NCBI GenBank assembly: GCA_027491415.1 | Contig: JAOZFH010000026.1 | Span: 32,001-96,000, forward strand | DNA: 64,000 bases | Source: Thermoproteota archaeon | Lineage (GTDB): Archaea > Korarchaeota > Korarchaeia > Korarchaeales > Korarchaeaceae | Direction: 5' to 3' | Part shown: piece by piece, positions 53,567 to 62,482 of the stretch | Position numbering within the stretch: position 1 is the stretch's first letter | Layout of the letters: each line of letters opens with the position of its first letter | Notes under the pieces: model-generated | Database searches by the model: none | What the model saw: only the letters and a program-made list of their open reading frames with translations | Told to the model about the DNA's origin: nothing | Program-made: the position numbers and the translations under genes

Positions 53567-55705
53567 CTACCTCGGCAGTCCGAGGCGGGGTCTCCTAGAG
53601 GCGTAGCGGCTGGGCATTCCCCTGGCCGCGAAGAATGAGGCCGCAGCCACGGCGCCCACCATGCCTATTAGAGCGGCAGTAACTATGATCTTCTGGGACC
53701 TGGGGACCTCCACGAGGAATGAGACTTCCAGCGCGTCAGCTCCCCCAATCTTGTACTCCTGCTCTCCGGCCTCGCCCTTGAACGTCGCGTTGATCATGGA
53801 GATGTTGTAGGCCCCCATCCTCTGGACCCTCATCCTCATGCTAAACTCAACCGAGGCGCCCGGGTCTATGCTGTCCGCCCTAAACGTGACCCTCCAACCT
53901 CCCTCCTCGGTCCTCTCCTGTGCGGTCACCGGCCCCTCGGATTCGAGGAGGTCTATCCCTGGTGGGATCTCCAGGGTCAGCTCTATGTCCCTGGCCTGAC
54001 CGCTCCCGTCGTTCGACACGCTGAAGACCATCTCGGCCAGGTCGCCCACTATCAGCCTGCTAGGGGGGGACGTGATCAGCTCCAAGCCCACCGCGGGCTT
54101 CACGATCCTGATAATGAGAGTGTTGGAGTACTTGAGCTGGGGGACGTCCCTCTCCTTGTACTGCACCTCCGCCGCGGGGAGCGTGGCAGACCCCTCCTTC
54201 TTGGCCTTGAGCTTGTAAGAGAGGGTCATGCTCTTCCCGGGGGCGAGGCTCTTGACCGAGGCCGACGTCTTGCCCTGAACGAGCTCGAAGTACTCCTCGG
54301 GGAAGGAGTCCGTCACCGTAACGTCGGTCGCGGGCGCCCCGCCCTCGTTCACCACCTTGACGATCACATTGATCGTCCCGTTGACGCTCACCTCCGACGG
54401 AGATGCTTGCTTGTTGATCGATATCGACGGGAGCTCCGGCTCGCTGACGACGATGACCTTGCTCACTTTGGCCTGGAAGTTCTTGCCCACCTTGTCTTGC
54501 CACTCGACGAGGATCGTCGTGTTGAAGTAGGAGCCCATTATCGTTATGTCCTCTGGGAATATCACCTTGAACTTGATCCTCTGAGTCACGGCGTTCTTCG
54601 GGAGCCTCGGAACAAGCATTGGGGTTGTCATCGTGCCCGTGAAGGGCTTGCCGGTCAGGCCAGGGACCTCAGGGCTCACCACCAAGATCTGAGGCAGGGG
54701 GGGCTGGACGCTGAGCCATATGGACACGTTGAACGCGTCCCCAGTCCCGGCGTTCTTGAGCGTGAACTCGAACGACACCTGGTCCCCAGGCTGGGCCGTC
54801 AGAGAAGAGTGGTTGAGGTTGATCCTCACCTCGGGGACGCCCACATCCCTGTATATGTCTCCCACCACTATGTAGAAGCGAACTGTGTGGCTCTGAACCC
54901 TGCCGGGATCGTAAACCCACACCTCGTGCGTCGATGTGCTGTGCTGTTCGTCCTTCTTGAAGTCAACGGGGTAGCTCACGCCGATGGTCGCCACCAGCTT
55001 TGCGTAGGCCTTGCCGTTCGCCGAGGCGGAGAACTCGAACGTGTAGTTCGCGCCCTCTCTGGGCTTCGGCGGGGGGATGGAGAAGTTAGTCGGATTGTCT
55101 ACGGGTGGGAGGGTCGCTACCAGCTCGATCGTCGCGTTCTCCGTGCCCTCCACCCGTCCGTAGGCGGTCGTCAGCCTGGCCCACTTGGGCGTGCCGCTCC
55201 CCTCGTTCATCACGGTGACCGTGAGGTCCACGACTGCAGAGGTCTGGTTGAAGACCAGCTGGGTTGGGGTCACGGGATGAAGTCTCAGCTTCGTTTCTGG
55301 AGAGTAAACGCTGTTCTTTATGTCGAACTTCGCCTTACCTCCATCTGCGGTCGTGGACTCGGTCCCGTACAGGTGAACCTCGAATACGGCTGGCCCTCCT
55401 TCTCTGCAGTAGGCCTTTATGACGCCTTGAACCTCCTCCTGCTGGTTGGAGGCTTGGAAGACTCCACAGAGTTCTTGCTCCTTCCATACCTCCAGCATGT
55501 ATATGTTGACGACTCCGGCGGAGACATGGGCCACTATCCTGAAGGGTCCGACCATCATCTCGCTGTTGTTGGCGAGTTCTATGTCGAGCCAGTCGTAGGT
55601 CTTGGTGGCTGCGCTGGCAGGTATAACGACAGTAGACGCCGGGATGGAGACCAAGAGCGCCAATACAATTAGCGCTGCTGGGACCTTAGCGCGAAGATTT
55701 CCCAT
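53567..55705 (-). CDS. Cell-surface protein with tandem Ig-like (DUF11/CARDB) domains and a C-terminal TM anchor
   Basis: Signal peptide, repeated N.G...A..V motifs, many NxS/T sequons, C-terminal TM and a basic tail. Confidence 0.75.
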   Translation of the reverse strand: MGNLRAKVPAALIVLALLVSIPASTVVIPASAATKTYDWLDIELANNSEMMVGPFRIVAHVSAGVVNIYMLEVWKEQELCGVFQASNQQEEVQGVIKAYCREGGPAVFEVHLYGTESTTADGGKAKFDIKNSVYSPETKLRLHPVTPTQLVFNQTSAVVDLTVTVMNEGSGTPKWARLTTAYGRVEGTENATIELVATLPPVDNPTNFSIPPPKPREGANYTFEFSASANGKAYAKLVATIGVSYPVDFKKDEQHSTSTHEVWVYDPGRVQSHTVRFYIVVGDIYRDVGVPEVRINLNHSSLTAQPGDQVSFEFTLKNAGTGDAFNVSIWLSVQPPLPQILVVSPEVPGLTGKPFTGTMTTPMLVPRLPKNAVTQRIKFKVIFPEDITIMGSYFNTTILVEWQDKVGKNFQAKVSKVIVVSEPELPSISINKQASPSEVSVNGTINVIVKVVNEGGAPATDVTVTDSFPEEYFELVQGKTSASVKSLAPGKSMTLSYKLKAKKEGSATLPAAEVQYKERDVPQLKYSNTLIIRIVKPAVGLELITSPPSRLIVGDLAEMVFSVSNDGSGQARDIELTLEIPPGIDLLESEGPVTAQERTEEGGWRVTFRADSIDPGASVEFSMRMRVQRMGAYNISMINATFKGEAGEQEYKIGGADALEVSFLVEVPRSQKIIVTAALIGMVGAVAAASFFAARGMPSRYASRRPRLGLPR

Positions 55706-55773
55706 ACCGGAGGCCACCCTCCAGCCGCGCTGCTCGATCAACTATTAATTTCCAAACTTCGGCCAGAGACGTA

Positions 55774-55851
55774 GGGCCCGTAGCTCAGCAAGGATAGAGC
55801 GGCGGCCTTCTAAGCCGCAGGTCGGGGGTTCGAGTCCCCCCGGGCCCGCCA
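55774..55851 (+). tRNA. tRNA-Arg(TCT)
   Basis: GGGCCCG/CGGGCCC acceptor stem, GCGGC-CTTCTAA-GCCGC anticodon arm, GGTTCGAGTCC T-arm and encoded CCA. Confidence 0.95.
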
Positions 55852-56490
55852 TCACCCCTTAACCATCAGCCCGTCCAGGAGGATCTCCGCCACATCTTGG
55901 TCGGTCCCACCGAAGAGCGGAACCTTGAGCACCTCATCTAGCCGGCGCCCGCTGAGCCAAGGTATGCCTACCTTGTGACCCTTTACCGGGACCTCCACCA
56001 CGAGGTACTGACCATTCGGATCCACATCTATTGCGTACTTCCCTATCATGCATACAAGGAGTCTATCAAACGCCTTGGCCAGGGCCTCCTCGCTTCGCCC
56101 AGCCACGACGACGGTTGAGTTTTCCTTGATGACGTAGATGCCAGATTCCAGGGGCCAACCCTCGGGCCCCCTGATCACGAGAAAGGATGAGTTGGTGCGC
56201 GGAGCCTCCGCCATCCTGTCCAGCTCGAGTATGATGAGGTGCGAGGTGTTCCCGAAGGCTCCGGCGGTCATGACGTTAGCCGTCACAGAGAGGGAGTAGG
56301 AGATCTTGGAGTAGAGTTCGACGTGGTTGGCGGCTATCTGAGGATCGAATACGAGGACCATCGAAAATGGAACGCTTGCTCTTGAAGACGTGAAGGCCAC
56401 GTAGGCGTAGGTAGCCCCGACCGCCCCCAAGATTACTGCCGCTAGAAGGGCCCCGAGGCGGGCATCCACCTTAGAGCGCCTCTTTGGCAT
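55852..56490 (-). CDS. Hypothetical protein with an N-terminal membrane anchor
   Basis: Basic N-terminus, one TM segment and NxS/T sequons. Confidence 0.65.
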   Translation of the reverse strand: MPKRRSKVDARLGALLAAVILGAVGATYAYVAFTSSRASVPFSMVLVFDPQIAANHVELYSKISYSLSVTANVMTAGAFGNTSHLIILELDRMAEAPRTNSSFLVIRGPEGWPLESGIYVIKENSTVVVAGRSEEALAKAFDRLLVCMIGKYAIDVDPNGQYLVVEVPVKGHKVGIPWLSGRRLDEVLKVPLFGGTDQDVAEILLDGLMVKG

Positions 56491-56542
56491 CTCAACAACC
56501 CCCCCAAAACCTCTGCCATGGACGACGCATCGCCCAGAAGCC

Positions 56543-58993
56543 TCATATTCTGCGGACCCTCCTTGAAGGCCTCGACGGCCTTCTGGTGGGCCTCCTCCTT
56601 ACAGGATATCGCGCCCTCCTCCTCTGGCGCGCCCTAGACCGTCTCCAGCTGACCAGTCTAACTACCAATAGTGCGATCACGAGTGCGGTCGCGGCCGCGA
56701 AGAGGACCTTGAATTTGGTGGACATCAGCACCGTTACCTCCACTATGGCGCTGTCCGAGAACCCCTTGAAGACCTGTCCGCCGGGATCGGAATATCTCAT
56801 GTTCAACGAAATTATGTCGTTCTGCTTGGGCGAGAAGTAGAACGACCCCGCTCTGGCGATCACCGTGAAAGTAACTGAGTCTCCCGGTTCCAGGGGTCCC
56901 AATTTGATCCTACGCTCCCTCTCTGATGGCGCGGTTATCGTGGCGTTGGAGGGACCGTCCACCACGGATATGGAGACCTTGGGATTGCCCGTGACCACCA
57001 CCACGACCTCTTTGCTCTCCGCGTTGCCGTCGTTTATCAGGGTGACAGCGAACGCCCTTGTTTTGCCCCACTCGACGGCAAGCTCCGAAGCGTTCAGCCT
57101 CATGGAGACCATCGGCCTCCTCACGGTTACGTAGGACTCCCTAGTCACGTTCCTCGGATTGCCTAGCGCGTCGGAGTACTCAATTGAGGTCCTAGAGAGG
57201 AGGATTGTGCCGGGCGGCGCGTCGGCCGCCCTCACGACGTACGTGTAGGAGATCGTCTGGTCCGGCTCTATGTACCCAAGATAGGGATAGCCCGCCGTGG
57301 CCGCCTGGGCGACCTCGCTGTAGTTGGCGCCCTGAGACAGGAGCTCAAATCCGTCCCCGAGTATCTCCCTTATGACACACCCCTGGATCGGTAAGTCGCC
57401 CCTGTTCCTCATGGTCACCGTAACCGTGACTATGCCGCCGAGGGAGACGTTTCCAGGGTTGACAGTCTTAGATAAGATCTCTATCCTCCCGTCCCTGGCT
57501 AGCGCGAACGTGAAGTGCCTCGTGTACAGCACGTAGCCAGCCTGATCCTTCAGCAGGAACGTAACCCTGGTATTCGTCACGCCCTCAACCGCCCCGGCCG
57601 CCCTCACTTTGACGGAGAACGAGCCGTTGCCGTAGGCGCCGACGACGAAGGGGTTCGTCGTGTTGGAAACGAGCTCGAGGTCGGGCGGGAGCCGGACCTC
57701 GACGACGAAGATCCTAGGCCTGGGGGCGCCGTTCTCCACACCCAGCGATATCTTGACCTCGCCACCCTCCACAAGCCTTGGTGGATCGTACTCAGGGAAG
57801 TAGCCCAGCCCGGACGCGGCGACTCGGAGGTCTATCGTGCTCACCTTAGACCAGTCCAACAGGAACCTGGCAATCTCACTCGAGAACACCAGTGAAGTGA
57901 GTATGTCTCCCAGCGAACCTGGGGGGGACCAGAGCCCTGTCTCATCGTCCTGCTTCTCGAGGATTATGTCGACGTACAGCCTCGCGTGCACCTTGACCTC
58001 CTTGGTGTCTATCACCCCTAGGCTGCTCATCCTCAGCAGCGTGTGGAGGATCGGAACGGCAACGTCCCAGTCTGGCTGGTACATCGACATGTAGGACATC
58101 AAGTACTTGGCCGAACCCGCCAAGATCGACTGATCCACCTCAAACCCCTGGAGTGCCGCCTTGGCGAGGGCGTCGGACGCCTCGGCCGTAACCTGCAGGC
58201 GATCCCTGGTGAACCCCCTGTAGGTCACCTCGTTCCAGTAGACCTCGGCGCCTGACCTGATGGCGCCCCCCTCCAAGTAGTCGATCGCCCTCTCGATGGC
58301 CGCGTTGAGTCCGCTCACGCGCTTACCCATGCCGAGGCTGTGGGCCTGAATGAGCACATCGAGGACGTGGGCCGTCACAAGCGGGTTAGACTGGGTGTAA
58401 GACGGCGCAGATGGGTTGACCGGGTTTATTGGCCATCCGCCGTCCTGCTTCTGCGCCGAGATCATCGCCGATATGCTGGAGGCAAGCTTCGGATCGTCCG
58501 GAGATACCAACCCGGCCGTGACGGCCCACAGCAGGGCCCTCAAAATCCCATAGGACGCGTCGACGTCGACGATGTTGCCCTCGCTCCCGAACCAGAGGCC
58601 TCCCTGATTCAGATAGTCAGCGATCGCCGCCCCGAAGTCTCTGGCCATGGCAAGCTTGTCGGCCTCTCCCGACAGCCCCAGGGCGTCCGCGTTAATCAGG
58701 AATATGCTGAAGGTCTCTAGGACCAGCGCGTTGACCATCTGGTTGGGGTCCTGCCTGTACAGTCCTACGTTGACGTACACAATCCCCGAGGGCGTGAACA
58801 CTATGGGGGCCGAGGTTACGTCCTGAGAAATGGGTATCTTCTCCGTGAGGAAGACGACGTACTTTGCCAAGGCCTCCTCAATAGCCCCCGTGGGCTGCGC
58901 GGAGATCGGAACGGTGAGCTGGGGAAGGAGCACAAGGGTCAAGAGAGGCGGCAGCAATGTCCTACGGCATAATTTCGGGCCAACGAGCCCCAT
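56543..58993 (-). CDS. Cell-surface protein: prenyltransferase/A2M-like alpha/alpha barrel plus Ig-like domains and a TM anchor
   Basis: Signal peptide, QKQDGGW and QDDETGLW QW-type repeats, DUF11-like domains, C-terminal TM and Arg-rich tail. Confidence 0.7.
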   Translation of the reverse strand: MGLVGPKLCRRTLLPPLLTLVLLPQLTVPISAQPTGAIEEALAKYVVFLTEKIPISQDVTSAPIVFTPSGIVYVNVGLYRQDPNQMVNALVLETFSIFLINADALGLSGEADKLAMARDFGAAIADYLNQGGLWFGSEGNIVDVDASYGILRALLWAVTAGLVSPDDPKLASSISAMISAQKQDGGWPINPVNPSAPSYTQSNPLVTAHVLDVLIQAHSLGMGKRVSGLNAAIERAIDYLEGGAIRSGAEVYWNEVTYRGFTRDRLQVTAEASDALAKAALQGFEVDQSILAGSAKYLMSYMSMYQPDWDVAVPILHTLLRMSSLGVIDTKEVKVHARLYVDIILEKQDDETGLWSPPGSLGDILTSLVFSSEIARFLLDWSKVSTIDLRVAASGLGYFPEYDPPRLVEGGEVKISLGVENGAPRPRIFVVEVRLPPDLELVSNTTNPFVVGAYGNGSFSVKVRAAGAVEGVTNTRVTFLLKDQAGYVLYTRHFTFALARDGRIEILSKTVNPGNVSLGGIVTVTVTMRNRGDLPIQGCVIREILGDGFELLSQGANYSEVAQAATAGYPYLGYIEPDQTISYTYVVRAADAPPGTILLSRTSIEYSDALGNPRNVTRESYVTVRRPMVSMRLNASELAVEWGKTRAFAVTLINDGNAESKEVVVVVTGNPKVSISVVDGPSNATITAPSERERRIKLGPLEPGDSVTFTVIARAGSFYFSPKQNDIISLNMRYSDPGGQVFKGFSDSAIVEVTVLMSTKFKVLFAAATALVIALLVVRLVSWRRSRARQRRRARYPVRRRPTRRPSRPSRRVRRI

Positions 58994-59284
58994 ATCTACT
59001 CGCAGGTAAGTCCATGTGCTGGACTAAAAAAGGTCTCATAGGCTTCAGCCTTCGGCTACAGAGCGGCCCGCTATATGCGCGCCGCACTCGCAAGTGATCG
59101 TCTGTTCCTAGCCACAGCCGCAACAGGCTGCCGGGGGACAAGTAAACTTTCCAGGGAAAGACGTCAGCTCCTCCGGTGACCTCTACCCTCTCGGCGTGTG
59201 TTCTCTGTGCAGGTGGAGTCTGTGAATTAACGACCTCGGCGAGGCCGACCTCGAGGAAGAACCAGGGCGCGTCGCTCAGAGACC

Positions 59285-59306
59285 GGGAAAAGAAAGGGGG
59301 TGGGGA
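59285..59306 (-). terminator. Putative pyrimidine/U-rich terminator of the S-layer gene
   Basis: Minus strand reads CCCCACCCCCTTTCTTTTCCC immediately after the stop codon. Confidence 0.45.
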
Positions 59307-59309
59307 GGC

Positions 59310-61910
59310 TCAGCCTCCCGGAGAGATTACCGGCTCGACGGTGATCGGCGTCGGCCAGGTGATCTCGACGATGTTGTTGTGCTCCGGCGGCACCCACGGA
59401 GCCGGCGGGGCGACTCCAGGCAGGAGCGCCACGACTATCAGCGCCGGCGGGTGCTCCTCGTCGGTGCCAGCGAGGTAGTAGTAGGTCGGGATGTCTTCAG
59501 GCACCCTGACGACCTTGGTCGGGTCGGCAAGGGCGACGGCTGCCGCGTAGGTGCCGTACCTGTTGTTGCCCGCAACGACGAGGATGTAGTTCTCCTCCTC
59601 ACCCCACGGATCCTCCTTAGCGTACTGGATCACGCCCAGGCCGCCCACGAAGGACACGGTGTGAGCGCCGATCCAGGTCCTGACCCTCTCGAGATCCACG
59701 TAGCCCTCGTCCTCGTAGACGCCGTCGTGGTAGAACCTCATGTCGTAGAGCCTGTCGCCGACGTAGACTATCCAGAGCAGGCCGGTGTCGTTCAGGTAGT
59801 CGACGGCCCTGTTCACGACTGGACCGCCGATGAGTATCAGGTTCTTGTCGGCGAGATCGGGGTTGATGACCTCGTAGTTCTCGTCGAGGAACTGGTAATC
59901 GGTCCATACAAGCGGAGCCTTAACGAAGCTGAAGACGTCCTCCAGCTCGAAGACCTGGTCCTTCTCGCTGGCGGGCGTGATGTCCCTGTTGTACTCGTCT
60001 AGCAGGGTGGTGCCGGTCCAGTTGCCGGTGACGTTCTCGAACCTGTCGTAGACGCCAGCGAAGACGCCGGTCACGTTGACCGGGTAGATCTCGTGGGTCT
60101 CGTAGAGCCAGACGGCCGGGTCGACCGCATAGGAGAAGTCGTTCAGGGTCTGGTTGGGATCGAAGGTCGGGTCGATCTCAAGGAAGGTCAGGGCTTCGGT
60201 CCAGAGGCAGAACTCCGTCCTGATGTCCTCGTTGCCCTCCTCGTAGAGGAACACGCCGAAGTCGGTCCACTCCCAGCAGTTGGCCACGCCGCAGTCGGCC
60301 GTACCGTCGTTGTAGGCCTTAGAAACCTCCAGGTTGTCGAACACGAAGGTGTTGTCGCCGTAGGTCTTCTTCTCGCCGAGGTGCCAGGTGCCGTTCTCGG
60401 GTATCACGTACCAGTATACGTTGTCGTCACCGGGGTAGGTGTAGCTCACGATGCCGTAGATGTGGTCGTAGGGCAGCTTGTCCCACGGGTCCATCTTGAC
60501 GGAGAACGGCCCCATAGCGTTCCCGGCGGCGGTTCCGTTGATGTAGATGTAGCCCACGAAGTAGCCGTCCTCGATCCACCACTCGAAGGTATTGCCCTGG
60601 GCCTGTGGGAGGGCGCCGTTGTCGGCCGGCACGAAGACATCAGCGGGCCAGCTGTCCTCCAGCTCGGTGACCTCAAGGATGCCGTCGTCGTCGGTGTCGA
60701 TCCTCTCGAAGACGTGCTTGTCGATCCACGGGCTGCTGAGCATGACCTCCATGTAGTCGTCGTCGGTGTCGATCCTGTAGATGTACAGGAAGAACACCAT
60801 GTTGTAGCCGCCGCCCTCAAGCCTGTTGGCGCCCAAGTCGAAGAGGTAGATGAACAGCTTGTTCACGTTGCCCTCGGCGTCGGTGGTGTACTCGAGGTTC
60901 AGCATGGTCTTGACCGGGCCGCCCTCGGACTCCCTGACTATGAAGGAGGCGTCCGTGTCGGTGATGTCGTCGACCTCGACCCAGTAGCCGAGGAACGGCA
61001 CGTAGTAGTCCTTGCCCTCCTCGAGGATGGCGGTGCCAACGGGGGTCGTGGAGAACAGCATGGCAAAGCCGGGCTTGTTGAGGGAGTAGTTCTCCTGGAA
61101 GCCCGTGTAGATGTCCTCAGAGGTTATGTAGGTTGCGGTGCCGGCGGTGCTCCCGAAGACCGGGTTGTTGTAGCCGACGGTCACGGTGCCGGCGAGCGGG
61201 CCGGCGCCCATCTGATTGTAGCCGCTGATGATCCAGACGGTGCCGCCCGTGTCAGTCAGCTTTGCGAACAGAACGTTGTCACCGAGGATGTCGTAGTCGT
61301 CGTCAGTCAGCTTGTAGCCCACACTGTAGACGAGCACGGGGGCCTTGCACTCCATGACGCCGAGGTCGGGGCACGCCGGGCAGACTGGGATGCTCTCGAT
61401 GGTCTCGTTGTAGTACCCGGTGGCCACCAACAGGTAGTCGGGGGCGAAGGTCTCGGTGTCGAGCGGGAAGGCCACCTGGTCCGGGAAGCTGTCGCTGAAC
61501 GGTGGGGTGGTTATTCCGTCACCGAACCTGAACCACAGGCCCTCCCCGCCGTAGGTCCCGCCCCAGCTCCAGGCCTTGTAGGCGTAGTGCCACAGGTCGG
61601 CGGTCAGCTCCTCGATCCAGTAGTCTGTGCCCTTGAGGTTGGGGGCCTTGGTGTAGTAGAGGTGTGATCCTATCTTGACTCCGATCAGCGCGGCGCCCCT
61701 CACGTCCTCCGCGGCGGCGGCAATGCCGGGCTTCTGCCCGCCAATTATTATGGCGATGTCTGGAACTCCGTCGCCGTCGTAGTCGATGGTGCCGTTCTGC
61801 ACGAAGGGCTTCGGGAACTCCCTTATCAGAGGCGCAGCTGCCAGCGGGAGCGCGGAGACCCCCACCAGCACGGCCAGCAGGGCAGCGAAGGCTGCCTTTC
61901 TCCAGTCCAT
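59310..61910 (-). CDS. Major S-layer glycoprotein (S_layer_N/S_layer_C type)
   Basis: Signal peptide, AAAEDV..AA.I N-motif, NLILIGGPVVN and LVVAG..RYGT..AA C-motifs; very acidic, many sequons, strong G/C-ending codon bias and a GGAGGTGA SD. Confidence 0.85.
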   Translation of the reverse strand: MDWRKAAFAALLAVLVGVSALPLAAAPLIREFPKPFVQNGTIDYDGDGVPDIAIIIGGQKPGIAAAAEDVRGAALIGVKIGSHLYYTKAPNLKGTDYWIEELTADLWHYAYKAWSWGGTYGGEGLWFRFGDGITTPPFSDSFPDQVAFPLDTETFAPDYLLVATGYYNETIESIPVCPACPDLGVMECKAPVLVYSVGYKLTDDDYDILGDNVLFAKLTDTGGTVWIISGYNQMGAGPLAGTVTVGYNNPVFGSTAGTATYITSEDIYTGFQENYSLNKPGFAMLFSTTPVGTAILEEGKDYYVPFLGYWVEVDDITDTDASFIVRESEGGPVKTMLNLEYTTDAEGNVNKLFIYLFDLGANRLEGGGYNMVFFLYIYRIDTDDDYMEVMLSSPWIDKHVFERIDTDDDGILEVTELEDSWPADVFVPADNGALPQAQGNTFEWWIEDGYFVGYIYINGTAAGNAMGPFSVKMDPWDKLPYDHIYGIVSYTYPGDDNVYWYVIPENGTWHLGEKKTYGDNTFVFDNLEVSKAYNDGTADCGVANCWEWTDFGVFLYEEGNEDIRTEFCLWTEALTFLEIDPTFDPNQTLNDFSYAVDPAVWLYETHEIYPVNVTGVFAGVYDRFENVTGNWTGTTLLDEYNRDITPASEKDQVFELEDVFSFVKAPLVWTDYQFLDENYEVINPDLADKNLILIGGPVVNRAVDYLNDTGLLWIVYVGDRLYDMRFYHDGVYEDEGYVDLERVRTWIGAHTVSFVGGLGVIQYAKEDPWGEEENYILVVAGNNRYGTYAAAVALADPTKVVRVPEDIPTYYYLAGTDEEHPPALIVVALLPGVAPPAPWVPPEHNNIVEITWPTPITVEPVISPGG

Positions 61911-61977
61911 ACTTCTTCACCTCCCCCGCGTGACCTTTTGGCGGTCGAGCGGGGGCTGGCATCACCCACGTCGGGAG

Positions 61978-61995
61978 ACTATTAATGGGTTTCCC
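61978..61995 (-). promoter_or_regulatory. Putative BRE/TATA of the S-layer gene
   Basis: Minus strand reads GGGAAACCCATTAATAGT about 70 nt upstream of the ATG. Confidence 0.5.
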
Positions 61996-62189
61996 AGTTA
62001 AACGTTGCAAACCGTTGCACAACGGTTTCAGAGGAATGAACGGAGAGATATACGCATTAACGGCCGCGCCGGTCGCCGAGACGGCGAGGTGAACGATCCC
62101 GCCGCCGAATCTGTGAGCGAAACGTCGACCAGTTATTCGACGATCGACTAAGTTTAAGCCTATATTCGGAATTGAACGCGCAGACCCGA

Positions 62190-62265
62190 GCCCCGGTAGC
62201 TCAGCTGGCAGAGCGGCGGACTTGTAATCCGCAGGCCGCGGGTTCGAATCCCGCCCGGGGCTCCA
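62190..62265 (+). tRNA. tRNA-Thr(TGT)
   Basis: GCCCCGG/CCGGGGC acceptor stem, GCGGA-CTTGTAA-TCCGC anticodon arm, GGTTCGAATCC T-arm, T discriminator and CCA. Confidence 0.95.
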
Positions 62266-62338
62266 ATCTGCTACAACAAACATCAGAGGGGCCGCGCCAC
62301 TCCATACAAACCATCCCAGCGAGAAGATTTGGGCCACT

Positions 62339-62473
62339 TCACCTTCTCCTTGGCCCCCTATATGGCGGAGGGCCGGGAGGAGATGTGGGCGAGCCGCAGA
62401 GGGGACACGTCTCCCTGAACGTGTATGTGAGGCAGACGCTGCATCTCCTCATGAGGACCTTGGGCAAGGCCAT
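62339..62473 (-). CDS. nop10: H/ACA RNP protein Nop10 (short form, not in the ORF track)
   Basis: Manual translation gives MALPKVLMRRCSVCLTYTFRETCPLCGSPTSPPGPPPYRGPRRR; Zn ribbon; conserved position after aIF2alpha. Confidence 0.8.
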   Translation of the reverse strand: MALPKVLMRRCSVCLTYTFRETCPLCGSPTSPPGPPPYRGPRRR

Positions 62474-62482
62474 CGCCCCCTG

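Noticed and set aside
11750-55851. Two similar tRNA-Arg genes as direct repeats (possible attL/attR)
   Set aside because: Both are complete tRNAs with different anticodons, the enclosed DNA is housekeeping, and there is no integrase.
59147-59305. ORB-like strings TTCCAGGGAAA and GGAAAAGAAAGGGGG
   Set aside because: Spacing does not match the ORB consensus, no cdc6/orc1 is nearby, and the second string is better explained as the S-layer terminator on the minus strand.
60093-61667. 524-aa plus-strand ORF antisense to the S-layer gene
   Set aside because: Shadow ORF produced by the strong codon bias of the real gene; no recognisable motifs.
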